In this document: positions 1 through 10,771 of the stretch, in pieces
Numbering within the stretch: position 1 is the first letter of the stretch
Layout of the letters: every line of letters starts with the position of its first letter
NCBI GenBank assembly: GCA_965644495.1
Contig: CBFFSA010000009.1
Span: forward strand, 62,001 to 126,000
DNA from: Perkinsela sp. CCAP 1560/9
Lineage: Eukaryota; Protista; Euglenozoa: Kinetoplastea
Reading direction: 5' to 3'
DNA length: 64,000 nucleotides
Made by a program: the position numbers and the translations under genes
The notes under the pieces: generated by a model
Told to the model about the DNA's origin: nothing
What the model saw: only the letters and a program-made list of their open reading frames with translations
Databases searched by the model: none

Positions 1-533
1 ATAATCTTGAATCCCAATTATGGGATTCATTGGCATGCCCCTGACTTGTACATTCGAAGAGGAGTTCCATAGCATAATCCACTTCATATAGCGGTTTGCG
101 TGCGATTCTGAGTACCTAAAGGAGCCGTGCAATCCAGCGTACTGCCGTACAAACAGTAAAGTCATCATAAGTAGACTTTGGTGTCAGACTGTGGTGAGAC
201 CGTTTCACTATGAACTCGCCAAAAAAGAATGTCCTTCCATTCGTATTCAACTCCCGAAAAATTGGCCTTCAGACTTTCGCAGAATGGTTTTGGTTCTTTC
301 CAGTACGCCTGTAAAATTTTGGAATCCTCCCTCGAACAACCATTCCCCACCACCACCACTCCCTTCTTCCCTCACTGCGAACAGTCATTTCCCACCACCA
401 TCCCGGTCGTCTCGCCCATGGCTCCTTGATGCTTGGGTTACAATATGGCCTCCTGCCCCACGAGTCGGTGCTCTATCAAACCCCATACCTTATAGCGGTT
501 TGACAAAAGAAACTACTACAACTATAAACTTTA

Positions 534-2137
534 TTGCGGTGGTGGTAAAACTACCGCTCTACACTCGATTATTGAAAAAAAAGTGAACAAAGACTGAACA
601 AAAACAGTGAAAATATAAAGAGGAACACAGTAATATAATAGAAGAAAAAAATATAAAAGGGGGCTCCGGTGGTCCAAAACTGAAAATTTTTTTTGAAAAA
701 AATGGGGGGTCCAGGGGGGGGGGTCCAGGGGGGAGGGCATGGTCGAGCAAATTTTTTCGAAAAAATTAGTTTTCGAAAAAAAAACCGCAGAAAGGGTAGC
801 CGGGGTCTTGGCGCGCATTTTCCACCCCCCTACCCGGGGGTGACCCCCCCGCGTATCCGCAGGACGGGTCCGCCAAGTTCGGATTTTTTCGGAAATTTTT
901 TTTTGAAAAAAATTTCAACTTGGCGAAAAAAATGACAAAAAAAATATTTTTCCAAAATCGTTTCCCCTATTGTATTTTGATAGTTTGGGACCTACACTAG
1001 CTTTCTACGCAGTTGTTTTCGCAAGGTATCACTTCTTCGAACCGTGGTGCGCCCCTCAAAATGACCCATTTTTGACTAAAAAAGGTGAAAAAGTATTTTT
1101 CGGACCTAAAGGGGCATTTTTGTGTCGAAAGAATGGTATTGTTGGAGTCGCATTCTCTACCCAATACGTTCGGTAGGCTTCCATTCATGCCTACGAGTGA
1201 TTTCCCACGCGCAAATGTCGGATTTAGTGCTCTGAGAGCAAAAATACGCGAAAATCACCCCATTTTTACCCGAAATTAGGCTATTTTTGGCTATAATCTT
1301 TCCGTTTTCCAGGCTAAATTTTCTTTTTTAGGCTCTTCGTTAAACGCGGCGGTAGTTTTCAACGCGAAGCGCGCAGCATGAGTGACTTCTAAGTTGAAAG
1401 CAACCACCGCGTTTAACGAAGAGCCTAAAAAAGAAAATTAGTACGGGAAAGGTAGAAAAACTACTCATACGATAAAGATACCGTTTCTGTAAAGCCAACT
1501 TTATCCAAACGCTTTGGAGATTCCTAAAATAATGAAAAAAGCCTCTTCCTAAAATAATGAAATGAATCCGTCTTGCACTACTCTAATTAAGTGCGTAAAA
1601 AAGTTTTTAATAATATTCTTGAATCTGATCGTACTGTTTTAAGTTTCAACAGATGCCTCAAAGTTTGCAAAAAAAAATGGTGGCGAAAAAGTGAAAAAAT
1701 GGTAATACTAAATTCATATTTTATTGGTTCCCAGTTTTATTCTCTATATGATATGCGCAAACAAGCGTCACCGAGATTTGCAAAATGCAACAAAAATTAG
1801 CCCAAACGAAGACTTTACACAAATTTTAGAGGGGGTGACTTATCGTGTCCCTAGGTTTATACACAAAAAAAAATATTTTTTTGACAAAATGCGTTTGAAG
1901 TAAAAATGCGGGAAACAATATGTATTCCACTCGAGTGCGCTATTATATGTAAGAAAGTGGTAGTAGTAAATTCATATTTTATTGGTTCCCAGTTTTATTC
2001 TCTATATGATACATGTATGCGCAAACAAGCTTCACCGAGATCGGCAAAAATGCAACAAAAATAAACCCAAGGGACAAAATAACCAAATTTTAGAGGGGGG
2101 TGACTTCTTATGCCTCGGGGTTTATACTCTACCGCAA
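534..2137. mobile_element. Non-autonomous DNA transposon, 'TTGCGGT' family, copy 1
   Basis: TA-TTGCGGT at 532-540 and ACCGCAA-TA at 2131-2139 (short imperfect TIR, TA TSD); left ~900 bp recurs from 19031 and inverted at 28290-28650; internal ~160-bp direct repeat (~1705-1860 / ~1965-2125); no credible ORF. Confidence 0.7.
1315..1440. repeat. ~125-bp palindrome (~47-bp arms, 29-nt loop)
   Basis: AATTTTCTTTTTTAGGCTCTTCGTTAAACGCGG...TTTTCAAC and its inverted copy; further copies at ~10690-10770 (partial), 19767-19873, 58186-58306, 61315-61437. Confidence 0.9.
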
Positions 2138-2231
2138 TAGGGGTATATGGCGGTTTTGCATGGTAATAATAACAATGCTTCTTTTCTTTCTTTCCTATCT
2201 TAAGACACCAGATATTCCTTGGATTTAACAC

Positions 2232-3824
2232 ATGAATCGCGTTACCGACACGCGTGATGAACAGTCACCCCCTGTTAAACGTAGGAAACTGCATCAAGAT
2301 GTCCCACATAACACGGCACCTTATCCATCTACTCGCCCCGGGAAAATACACGGGGCTGTTCTACCGCAAGAATATGACCTGGAACGAGTTATTGCGGACG
2401 TATTGCATCCTAACCCATCCTGGACGACATCCACAGCTGCGTGCGAATGGGCAAGAGTGGGATGTAATGAACATGGAGAGGTGACGGAACTTATGTGGGA
2501 CGCTGATTCCGATATCTGGGTTTGGCGATACTCGGGCGAATTGCATTTAGAACATCTTCCCAGGACCGTTTTGCGAGTATCCGCCACAGGGAACGATTTT
2601 TCTGGATCCGTTTGTTTAGATAATTTGCCGCCGAACCTGACGTACCTTAAGCTCAGTTTCAACGATTTTGCTGGTACAGTAAATTTTTCTCTTTTTCCGC
2701 CAACGTTGCAAGTCATTAATTTGGAATTTAACTTGTTTGAAGGTGGCATTGATTTGGGTAGCCTCCCAGCAAAGTTGAGGATATTGACGTTGACTAGAAA
2801 TCAGTTTTTTTCAGGCACCAATCAGTCTGCCCAGGACATGGATCTTGGTGCCCTGCCGGTACACATGGAAGTTTTCAATGTAGCTGAAAACAAGTTTTCA
2901 GGTAGGCTACACCTGAATAATTTGCCAGACACGCTTAAAGACCTGACTGTGCTAGATAACGAATTGACAGGTACGCTTGATTTGCAAGGTCTGCCATCAT
3001 CACTCGAGCTAGTAGATCTTTCAGAAAACCAGTTCGAAGGATCTCTGCAGTTGAATTCCCTTCCCCAGAACCTTAAATTATTTGCCGCGTCGGGCAACAA
3101 GTTTACGGGTATAACGAGTCTAGATACACTACCAAATGAACTGTACAAGTTGGATCTTTCCGAAAATCAGTTGGCGGGGACGTTAGACTTACGGCACTTA
3201 CCAGAGGAGCTTGAAGACCTTAACCTTTCGCGTAACGCATTCACGGGAGAGATCGATCTCCGCTCCCTACCTGATTCTCTTACCCACCTCCTTTTGTACC
3301 GTAACAAGCTATCTGGATCACCAGATCTCAGTGATTTGCCCGAGGAACTAACTTTTATGGACATCAGCAATAATGAATTTGTGGGTTCGTTTAAATTAGA
3401 TACACTTCCACCTTCACTTGAGAGTTTACGAATCAAACGCAATCAATTTACGGGCAATCTTCACCTCATCGATTTGCCTGACTCCTGCGTTGTTTTTATC
3501 GCTAGCCATAATAAGTTTTCGGGAGCCCTAGATCTGCAGGATATGCCGATCGGGCTTCAAACTCTAAAATTTGATCACAATGGCTTTAGCGATGTCACCG
3601 GTCTCATATCGCTCCCTAAAACGCTTGAAACTCTTTTGCTAAACCATAATTGTTTGGAAGGGAATATCCCACTCGATTCTCTCCCCGACACGTTATTGAC
3701 TTTAGCGTTAAGCGATAACCCAGAGCTCCATGGATTTGTCAGTCAAAAGGTACGGCGGTCCATAAATATATTGTTGGACAGAACTCATATTGGGATTGTC
3801 AAAGACCTGGGAAATGGCGAATAA
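2232..3824 (+). CDS. LRR protein subfamily A (A1), 530 aa, ~17 24-residue LRRs with N-terminal cap
   Basis: Intact ATG-stop ORF; SWxxSTxACEWxxVxC cap; repeats LPxxLxxLxLxxNxFxGxLDL; basic PPVKRRK near N-terminus; paralogue at 28721. Confidence 0.95.
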   Translation: MNRVTDTRDEQSPPVKRRKLHQDVPHNTAPYPSTRPGKIHGAVLPQEYDLERVIADVLHPNPSWTTSTAACEWARVGCNEHGEVTELMWDADSDIWVWRYSGELHLEHLPRTVLRVSATGNDFSGSVCLDNLPPNLTYLKLSFNDFAGTVNFSLFPPTLQVINLEFNLFEGGIDLGSLPAKLRILTLTRNQFFSGTNQSAQDMDLGALPVHMEVFNVAENKFSGRLHLNNLPDTLKDLTVLDNELTGTLDLQGLPSSLELVDLSENQFEGSLQLNSLPQNLKLFAASGNKFTGITSLDTLPNELYKLDLSENQLAGTLDLRHLPEELEDLNLSRNAFTGEIDLRSLPDSLTHLLLYRNKLSGSPDLSDLPEELTFMDISNNEFVGSFKLDTLPPSLESLRIKRNQFTGNLHLIDLPDSCVVFIASHNKFSGALDLQDMPIGLQTLKFDHNGFSDVTGLISLPKTLETLLLNHNCLEGNIPLDSLPDTLLTLALSDNPELHGFVSQKVRRSINILLDRTHIGIVKDLGNGE

Positions 3825-4003
3825 CTGTAAGGATGCGAAGACCACGTAGGGCGTTATGACGTGCATTGTTGCGCTCAATGTGTCAGAGAAGACATACTAA
3901 AAATGCGAATGTATGTGTGTGATATTAGACAATATGTGAGTTTCAACGTTTTTTGAAAGTATGGGAATGATAGGCCCGAAAATCGAAATTTCTATTTTAA
4001 TTC

Positions 4004-4090
4004 TACAGGGGTCAAAATCCCATGGCGGGGGAGTCTAAAATGCGTAAAATTTGTTCGATTTTGGAAAATAATAGCGCATTCGAGAGCCCC
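4004..4090. mobile_element. Isolated Tc1-type terminus (TA-CAGGGG)
   Basis: Matches termini at ~33785, ~53400 and (inverted) 27385-27470, sharing the TTTTGGAAAATAATAGCGCATTCGAGAGC subterminal block. Confidence 0.6.
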
Positions 4091-4289
4091 CACCACGAGG
4101 TTTTCATCCCTGTTCTTCCACGCTTCCTGTTCAGAGAATAAGCTTTTTCAGAAACAGCTGGCTAGGGTTGTTTGTTCATTTATTTCAATGCAGAGTGTTT
4201 ATGTTATTGTTCCCGCAAACAACGGACTTATCCACTTTTTCCTAAGCTGAAACACCACTTTCCGGTGTTCATTCCGCCTACGTAAGAGG

Positions 4290-6910
4290 GTTCATTGGGA
4301 GGGGTCTAAGACCTGGCTCCCACGCCTCTCCCCGTCAACGGCCCCCCCAGTCAGCTACAAAACGAGCCGAACAGTTAGTCCGGGTAGGTACCTTCTCCCG
4401 GCTGCAAAGATCCTCGAAGCCGCACTAGACCCTCTATACGGATAGTATACACGGCGGATAGTCTACACGGCGGACGTAGCCAGTAAGGCTCTGAGCCTGG
4501 CCCCGCTCAGAGCGCCTGGTTCTTCTGGATGGACTAACGAACTTTTGATCCCTATCCTCCAGGCGGACGATCCCAGAGATGCGGGGACTTGGATCACCCC
4601 GGGAATCACACCAACTCTCTACAACCGTCTATGATTGATTGATTGATTTATAAGGGCATTTATCCCAGGGATGTACCCTCCCGGAGATAGCCGGGCACTA
4701 TCCAATATTAACTGCTTTTAGCCGCGCGCGCCAGGCAATGAAAATCATAGCTTTTGCCATGCGCCACAGTTTTGAGGCTGTGTGCATTACAGACAGTACA
4801 GCGGCCAAGCATCCAATGATTATTTTTTTGTGCGTATGTGTATTTACCCTAGTTTCCTAGTGTCTTTGTTAACACCAGGTAACCCCATACGCGGGAAAAA
4901 GTATTCTGTCCTAGTTTTTTAGCACCTTGTTTTGATGGTGCCGAGTAGACTCTTTCAGCGGCATTCCTCACTCCCTAGTTCTTTGGCGCCTTGATTTGTT
5001 GGCGCCGGGTGCTGGAATTGCCATTTCTAGGTTGCACCAAATCAATCTCACCCTAATTGTTTAGCGTCTTGCTTTACGACACCGGGTGAGTTAGCTCGGG
5101 AAGCTGGGATCGCTAAGTCCCATCATCCGACATAAGCCGAATGCCCTGACTTCGTCTATAAGGTCCTTCCTCACGGGAGCCAACCTCAAGCTCTTCATCC
5201 AACCTGGGCCCCGGGTCGGACACCACTCCTCCTTCAGGCCCATTGTTATGGGGGACGTGTTTCTCAAGATCGCCGGACCGTTGGCTCGCGAACAGATAAG
5301 AGCCCACCTGCCAGCGGCGTTCCAGGGTGTCCAATTCGGAGACCAATGCACTCTCGGGTGTGACCATTTCGTGTATGAATCTCTCACTGCGAGTCTCTCA
5401 CTTCCGCGACAGACCCGACGAGGTGGTCGTGGCGGCAGATCTAGAAAATACTTTTACGAGTAGCCGCAAAGCGGCACGCTTTTTTTTTGAGGGGGGAAAA
5501 TTTTCACCCTCGACCTGAAACCTACTACCCCCCCCCCACTTATAGTGCCGTTTGGTCGAAAACCGCGGCACTATATGTGGAGGGAACAGTATCCGCATTT
5601 CCCGCGGGGCGATTTTCCGTGCCCTCCAACGACACCCCAACCTGTCCCCCCTGGAAGGGATCACCCCTGTCGGGAAAGGCCCCTCCGCAAACTACGTTTG
5701 GGGGAGGGGCTCTGTATCCCGAGCTCCCGGGGGTCAAACAAGGGGACGCCATTGGGCCCATCCTCTTCGCTCTGGGCATCCAGGGCGCCATCTCAGCCGT
5801 GACGGCTAAATTCTCGGGGTGTCTCAAGCTATGGCCATATCTGGATGATATTGACATAGCCGCGGAACCCCGGGTTTGCGAACAAGTTCATACAGGAAGA
5901 GATCAATACGGGTGTCGGGACTGAGGCTTAATGGGGCCAACCTACAGGTAGACGCGGCCATCACGGCATTGTTGCGTCTTCTCATTGTTCGAGTAAGTGG
6001 GCTTACGTGGTCGATAACATGGTTTACAATAGCTGCACCATGTCCGCGGAAACTCTCGGGAAGGGACCCAAAAAACCAACAACTTGCGTAGCCCGACTAT
6101 CACAGGCCGTTAGCCTTGTTTGAGCTGTTGGGTATGTCGCTTTTGATTTTAGAGACCAAGGCGACCACTCATAGCAGCTAGAAAAAATTGGTCACAACGT
6201 AGATAAAACGAGTCTGCCAGGTGAGCAGAATAGGTACAATATTCTAGAGAGTGCTGCTTGTGTACATCTCAGACGACTCGTTGCAGAGATCAATTCCAAG
6301 AATGTAATGCTTTAGATTAAAGAATGGACAAGATTTTACCGCGGAAGGGGGCCATCGGCCCAAAAGAGATTCTTCATAAGATAACCTACACCGATTGCTT
6401 TCTAATGATGATTCTATATGTACGACGGTCTTCTGACGCGGACATGAATTCATAAACACTACAAACGTGTACTGAAGTAGATTTTGATAATAAGACTTGA
6501 TGATAAGGCAATGAAAGGCACGACCCCGGGGCCAACCTACAGGTAGACGCGGCCATCACTACATGCTCCGAAGCCTTGATCGGGGGAATGGGCTCCCTGG
6601 GAACGAAACCGTTTGTAAACAAAGTCTTTACGGCGGACTTCCTGGGCACGCTACAGATCAAGAACATTCATTCCACTGAGTGGATGAATGCATGGACTAT
6701 ATGCGGGATCCCGAATGAGAGACAGCCGCTGGACCCCCTCTGAACCTGAACTCCAATGCGTGTGCGGCGCAGCCCTCAGAAATGAGGAGTTTTGCATCCA
6801 TGCCACGGATTGTAAGAAGGTTCGGGGTTCACGCAAGTCGAGTATTCCGGTCCCCTGGAGGACGAAGATGGGTCGACGTCAACGTCGAGGGGGTGTTTCT
6901 CCGGTCCAGT
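4290..6910 (+). pseudogene. Degenerate CRE/SLACS-like non-LTR retrotransposon (RT + CCHC zinc knuckle), interrupted by insertions
   Basis: RAPGSSGWTNELL (~4510), FRPIVMGDVFLK, VVAADLENTF, GVKQGDAIGPILF, YLDD (~5840), CVCG...HATDC (~6760-6815); frame is restored across the 4633-5152 insertion; frameshifts elsewhere. Confidence 0.8.
4633..5152 (-). mobile_element. SINE-like non-coding retroelement, family 1 copy 1, (AATC)n tail
   Basis: 7-bp TSD CGTCTAT (4626-4632 / 5153-5159); tetranucleotide tail; highly similar copy at 11792-12307; four structured modules. Confidence 0.8.
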
Positions 6911-7053
6911 AAGTATAATACTCCATGTCAATGACTGCGCGACACCACCTATTTGGCCCCCGCGACAGCACCTATTTGGGAAAACACCGGAGCACATTTT
7001 TTTTGACCAAAAGTGTAGAGTAAATATAGCGTAAATTTCTAAAATTTTCATTT

Positions 7054-8340
7054 ATGGAAATCACTGAAACTTTATTAATAGTTCCCTTCATCCTTTCAAT
7101 GACTGTCGATTCGAACGAGAACGAGACGCTAGACAAAGCGCACATTTGTGGATCGGCGATTTCAGGTCCTTTGGGACGCTGGTTTACGGTTATTCCGCCA
7201 GCGCCGAGAGCTGGTCCCCCGGTGGCCCGCCGTCCTCCCCACAACACACTTGATTCTCTTCCCATGAGCATACCTAGGACCTTTAGAGTGTGTTTGACTA
7301 TGCAAGAGAAGTTGAATGTGTGTCTGAGCGAATTGGACACAAAAAAGCTGAGCGAAAAGTATCGGATCAGTTTAAGAACTGTCCGAAGTATTAAAAGCAA
7401 CGGTGCCTCTTTTTATCAATCACGTATTAATCGTGGTCTCAAGGGAAGAAAGCGCCAGAGAGGCTTTAACAAAGAACGGAAGGCAATTTTAAAGAAAGTG
7501 CACCTTAAATTGCTCCAAGAATTCAATGGTAAACATGCTGTAACGAAGGTATTCGTCGTTTCCGTTATGGAAACATACGGAATACAGCTTCAAGACTTTG
7601 CCGATGAGACGAAGGAACGCATATACAAGCGCTTCAAGCGTCTTTTCGGGTGGATAAACCAAAGATTTGGACGTGTCCACTACGTGGGTCCTTCCGACGT
7701 GGGCTCGCGAATACGAGCTTGGGCACGGCAGCTCTACATACAAAATCAAGTCCGTTCATACGCGTATGTGATATTTGGGGATGAAACGTCTCTTCCCGTT
7801 GATGGTGAAAATACGAGAGTAACATTGGCTCCCATAGGGCTTCGTAACGTGCAAGTCGTAACCACCAACGACAAGGAAAGTATAACTGTTTTTCCTTCCG
7901 GTGTTTACGATGTTCACAACAGAAAAGCTCTTCCCCTTCCTCCTACGGTACTGTTCAAGTCTAATGCCGAAGATGAAAAGTCCCGCATACTGCGAGACGC
8001 TCGACATCATGTTGCTCGGACGCTCGACAACGCTTTGAAGGTGTACGTAACTTCGATTGGTTGGATGAACCGTCAAGTATTTGAAGAGATCGTGCACGAT
8101 CAAGCTTCCTTACTTGGAGGTTCGCAACCTGCGACAGCTCTTGTAGTGGATGAGTACACAGGTTCATCCAACATCGGGTTCATAGAATCTCCACTAATTG
8201 TGAGTTCCACAGAATACCTGGGGGTTGTACTTATCTCATTCAAGTACACGATCTTCGGATTATTGTATTCTTAAGATACTAGATGGCGTTGCCTATGAGA
8301 CTAAAAAATCAAGTAAGTGTACTAAGTAATATTATTTACG
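7054..8340 (+). pseudogene. pogo-like transposase, frameshifted
   Basis: N-terminal HTH; IFGDETSL, KESITVF, PPTVLFKS, GWMN, VVDEY; after a frameshift at ~8190 another frame gives HRIPGGCTYLIQVHD; homologous to 46701-48078. Confidence 0.8.
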
Positions 8341-8377
8341 TTCAAGGCTCGTGGTAATTTTGTAGTTATAAATAAGT

Positions 8378-8538
8378 GAGGGGCTGCGGGTGAGGCCAAT
8401 ATGAGATCACGTGAGATCACGCGAGAGCTCTCTAGAGCGGATTTGGCTCGGGAGGGTGGTTGGACGACCTCAAAACGAGATCACGCGAGATCATGCGAGA
8501 TCACGCGAGATAATGCGAGATCATACACGCAGCCCCTC
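8378..8538. mobile_element. Sola-like MITE (GAG termini, 4-bp TSD)
   Basis: GAGGGGCTGCG...CGCAGCCCCTC TIR; AAGT duplicated at 8374-8377 / 8539-8542; internal 10-bp GAGATCACGC repeats; related ends at ~8800, ~33700, ~57378. The superfamily is inferred from termini and TSD only. Confidence 0.6.
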
Positions 8539-8985
8539 AAGTGTATCAGAGTTACCCCTTTCTTTGGTAAAATCACGCGTATATTCCTTTTAGTAGATTT
8601 GTTTCTAACCGTACAGATTTGTTAATAACCTTAAATTTCATTGAGATTTCCTCTCCAACAATGTCCGGATTCATGAATCCTCGCCTTCGCCTTCTACGCC
8701 CATGCCCTCCACCCATTCCACACTCCGCATTCCTGTTCCTGCACTGAGATAAGTGGGTACACCGTACCGAGACCGCACCGAGACCGCACCGAATCCCCAC
8801 CCGCAGCTCCTCATGTATAGTACTTAAAAAGCATTTTTGCGGAATTTAGATTGTTTGTTCCCGAAATCTATTACCAACCCTCGCTGTATCGTATTTCCAC
8901 AACTAGGTGATCTAGAGGGTATTGTGGTGTCATGCAAAACAAATTCATTCAACTTTTCTACACATTCTACATTTTTTGAAGTTTC

Positions 8986-10266
8986 ATGCTTTGTAGCGTT
9001 TCTGCTGCGGATATTACAGTGTTTTGGTGTTCATGCGCTCGTTGGCGCAGAGATACAGCCCTTGATGCGACAGCCGATATCATCGGCACAATCCGTAATG
9101 ACGGATGTCGCACCAAGGGGGTTTAGCTCGGACTCTGTCGGTAGAGGGGGTCCAGGCAACTCGCCCTCTCTTTACGCAGCCGGAGGGGCGCACTGCAACC
9201 GACCGCTGCCTCGCGATAAGACGAGGCAGAGCCACGCCCAGTGGTGCTCAAGGGAGGCCACCATGGCGCATGACTCCCCGGGAAGGAAAGGGCGCGAAGG
9301 GAAGAAAGCCGGGGAGGGAAGATAACACACTCAAAGAGTGAGCCGGGGAGGGGTGATGGGGTGGAAGCGCGTCCCCTACTTCGCCGAGAAAGAGGGACAG
9401 TTTCGGCCGTAGTGCCGGCCGGCAACGGACATATTAACAGTAAGACTATGCCCGTTGCCGGGGAAAGAAAAGATGAACTAAAGGAAAATGTACCAACAAG
9501 ATACAGAAACTGTATCTACATTTGTATATACAAAGTGTATATACACTATATATCCCACTATACAAGACGAGCAGCTAGAGTCAGCAAGGCGAATCTCCCA
9601 CAGGAATACGAACTTGCACTACTCGTACAGAATATTGAGAATACACATTGTTCATGGAATACATCAACTCCTGCTTGTAATTGGGATGGCGCGGATTGTA
9701 ATAAGGCGAATGAGATTACGTCTATATATTGGAACGGGTATTTAAATAAGTCATACAAAGATCTCACTGGATCGTTGAATTTTGGTTATCTCCCAAATAC
9801 AGTATACACGTTCAGTTTTTTTCTTACTAAACTTTCGGGCGAAGTTCCACTGAGCACATTGCCCTGTAAGTTAGGTGTTTTGATTCTAGCTTACAATGAT
9901 TTTAGTGGACCATTGGACTTGACAACTCTCCCTCCGAATATGAACAAGCTGAACCTCTCCGGTAACCGATTTACAGGTGAAATTTGCTTAGATAGATTGC
10001 CTCCTGGGTTGAAATATCTCAGTCTTGACTGTAATCAGTTATCAGGAAACCTTTGTCTACGTGATCTCCCAAACTTGTACGATCTTCGACTATTCACGAA
10101 TAGGTTTTCCGGCAAAATTGACGTAAGAAGCCTTCCAAGTACATTGCACCAGCTCGATTTGTCAAACAACGTAAATCTGCATGGCGAGATAGAAAAGCGC
10201 CTGCTTCCCAATATGGCTGGCTTTAATCTCAACATTAGAAACACGAATATTACTTTACTTTTCTAA
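8986..10266 (+). pseudogene. LRR protein subfamily B (B1), N-terminus split by a ~535-bp insertion
   Basis: ATG 8986 MLCSVSAADIT aligns to the B2 start; homology resumes at ~9553 (SHYTRRAARVSKANLPQEYEL); the LRR part is open to the stop at 10266. Confidence 0.8.
9020..9552 (+). other. GC-rich insertion in LRR-B1, possibly the 3' end of a DIRS-type element
   Basis: Absent from paralogue B2; no TIR or TSD; QPISSAQSVMTDVAPRG weakly resembles a DIRS RNase H C-terminus. Confidence 0.4.
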
Positions 10267-10771
10267 TAACTTGTCGGGTCATTGTTAGTTCCTAGCATCT
10301 TGTCATACATTTAATATTACACATGTATTACCATAGGACACTATGCAGTTATCCTGTGCCATTCGGTGCTACCCTGTGCCATTTCGTGCCATCCTGTGCC
10401 ATCCAGAGCGAAGATTTTTGGCAGAATGACCACCTTTGGTGCTCGTCTTCATGTGGATCTTGGTACCCGTTTACAAGAAAAGGCAGGGTGGTTCCAAGCA
10501 CTATACCCCTCCTGCTTATGAGTTCCCCGGTTTTGAGAAAAAGGAGTGCATAAGCGTACCAGACCAGAATTCGAGTCATGAAAATGCGAAAATTCGGGCC
10601 CGCGGCCCGAAGCGCTGCGGGTTCTCCTTGACAATTTCACCCAAAAAAATAGATTCTTCATGATCTTTTGCCAATTTTAGAAGTTTTGCCAACTTAGAAG
10701 TCACTTATGCTGCGAGCTTTGCGTTGAAAACTACCACCGCGTTTAACGAAGAGCCTAAAAAAGAAAAATTA

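Noticed and set aside
2321-3442. Antisense ORFs over the LRR genes (also at 29023-29934, 39432, 41234)
   Set aside because: Shadow frames of repetitive coding sequence with no motifs
5040-5152. HDV-like ribozyme at the SINE 5' end (TCCCAGCTTCCCGAGCT...GG-stem-CTAA)
   Set aside because: The P1 and P2 pairings required by the HDV double pseudoknot cannot be formed; simple local hairpins explain the sequence
9019-9552. Intron in LRR-B1
   Set aside because: A GT is available at the 5' side but there is no AG at the point where homology resumes
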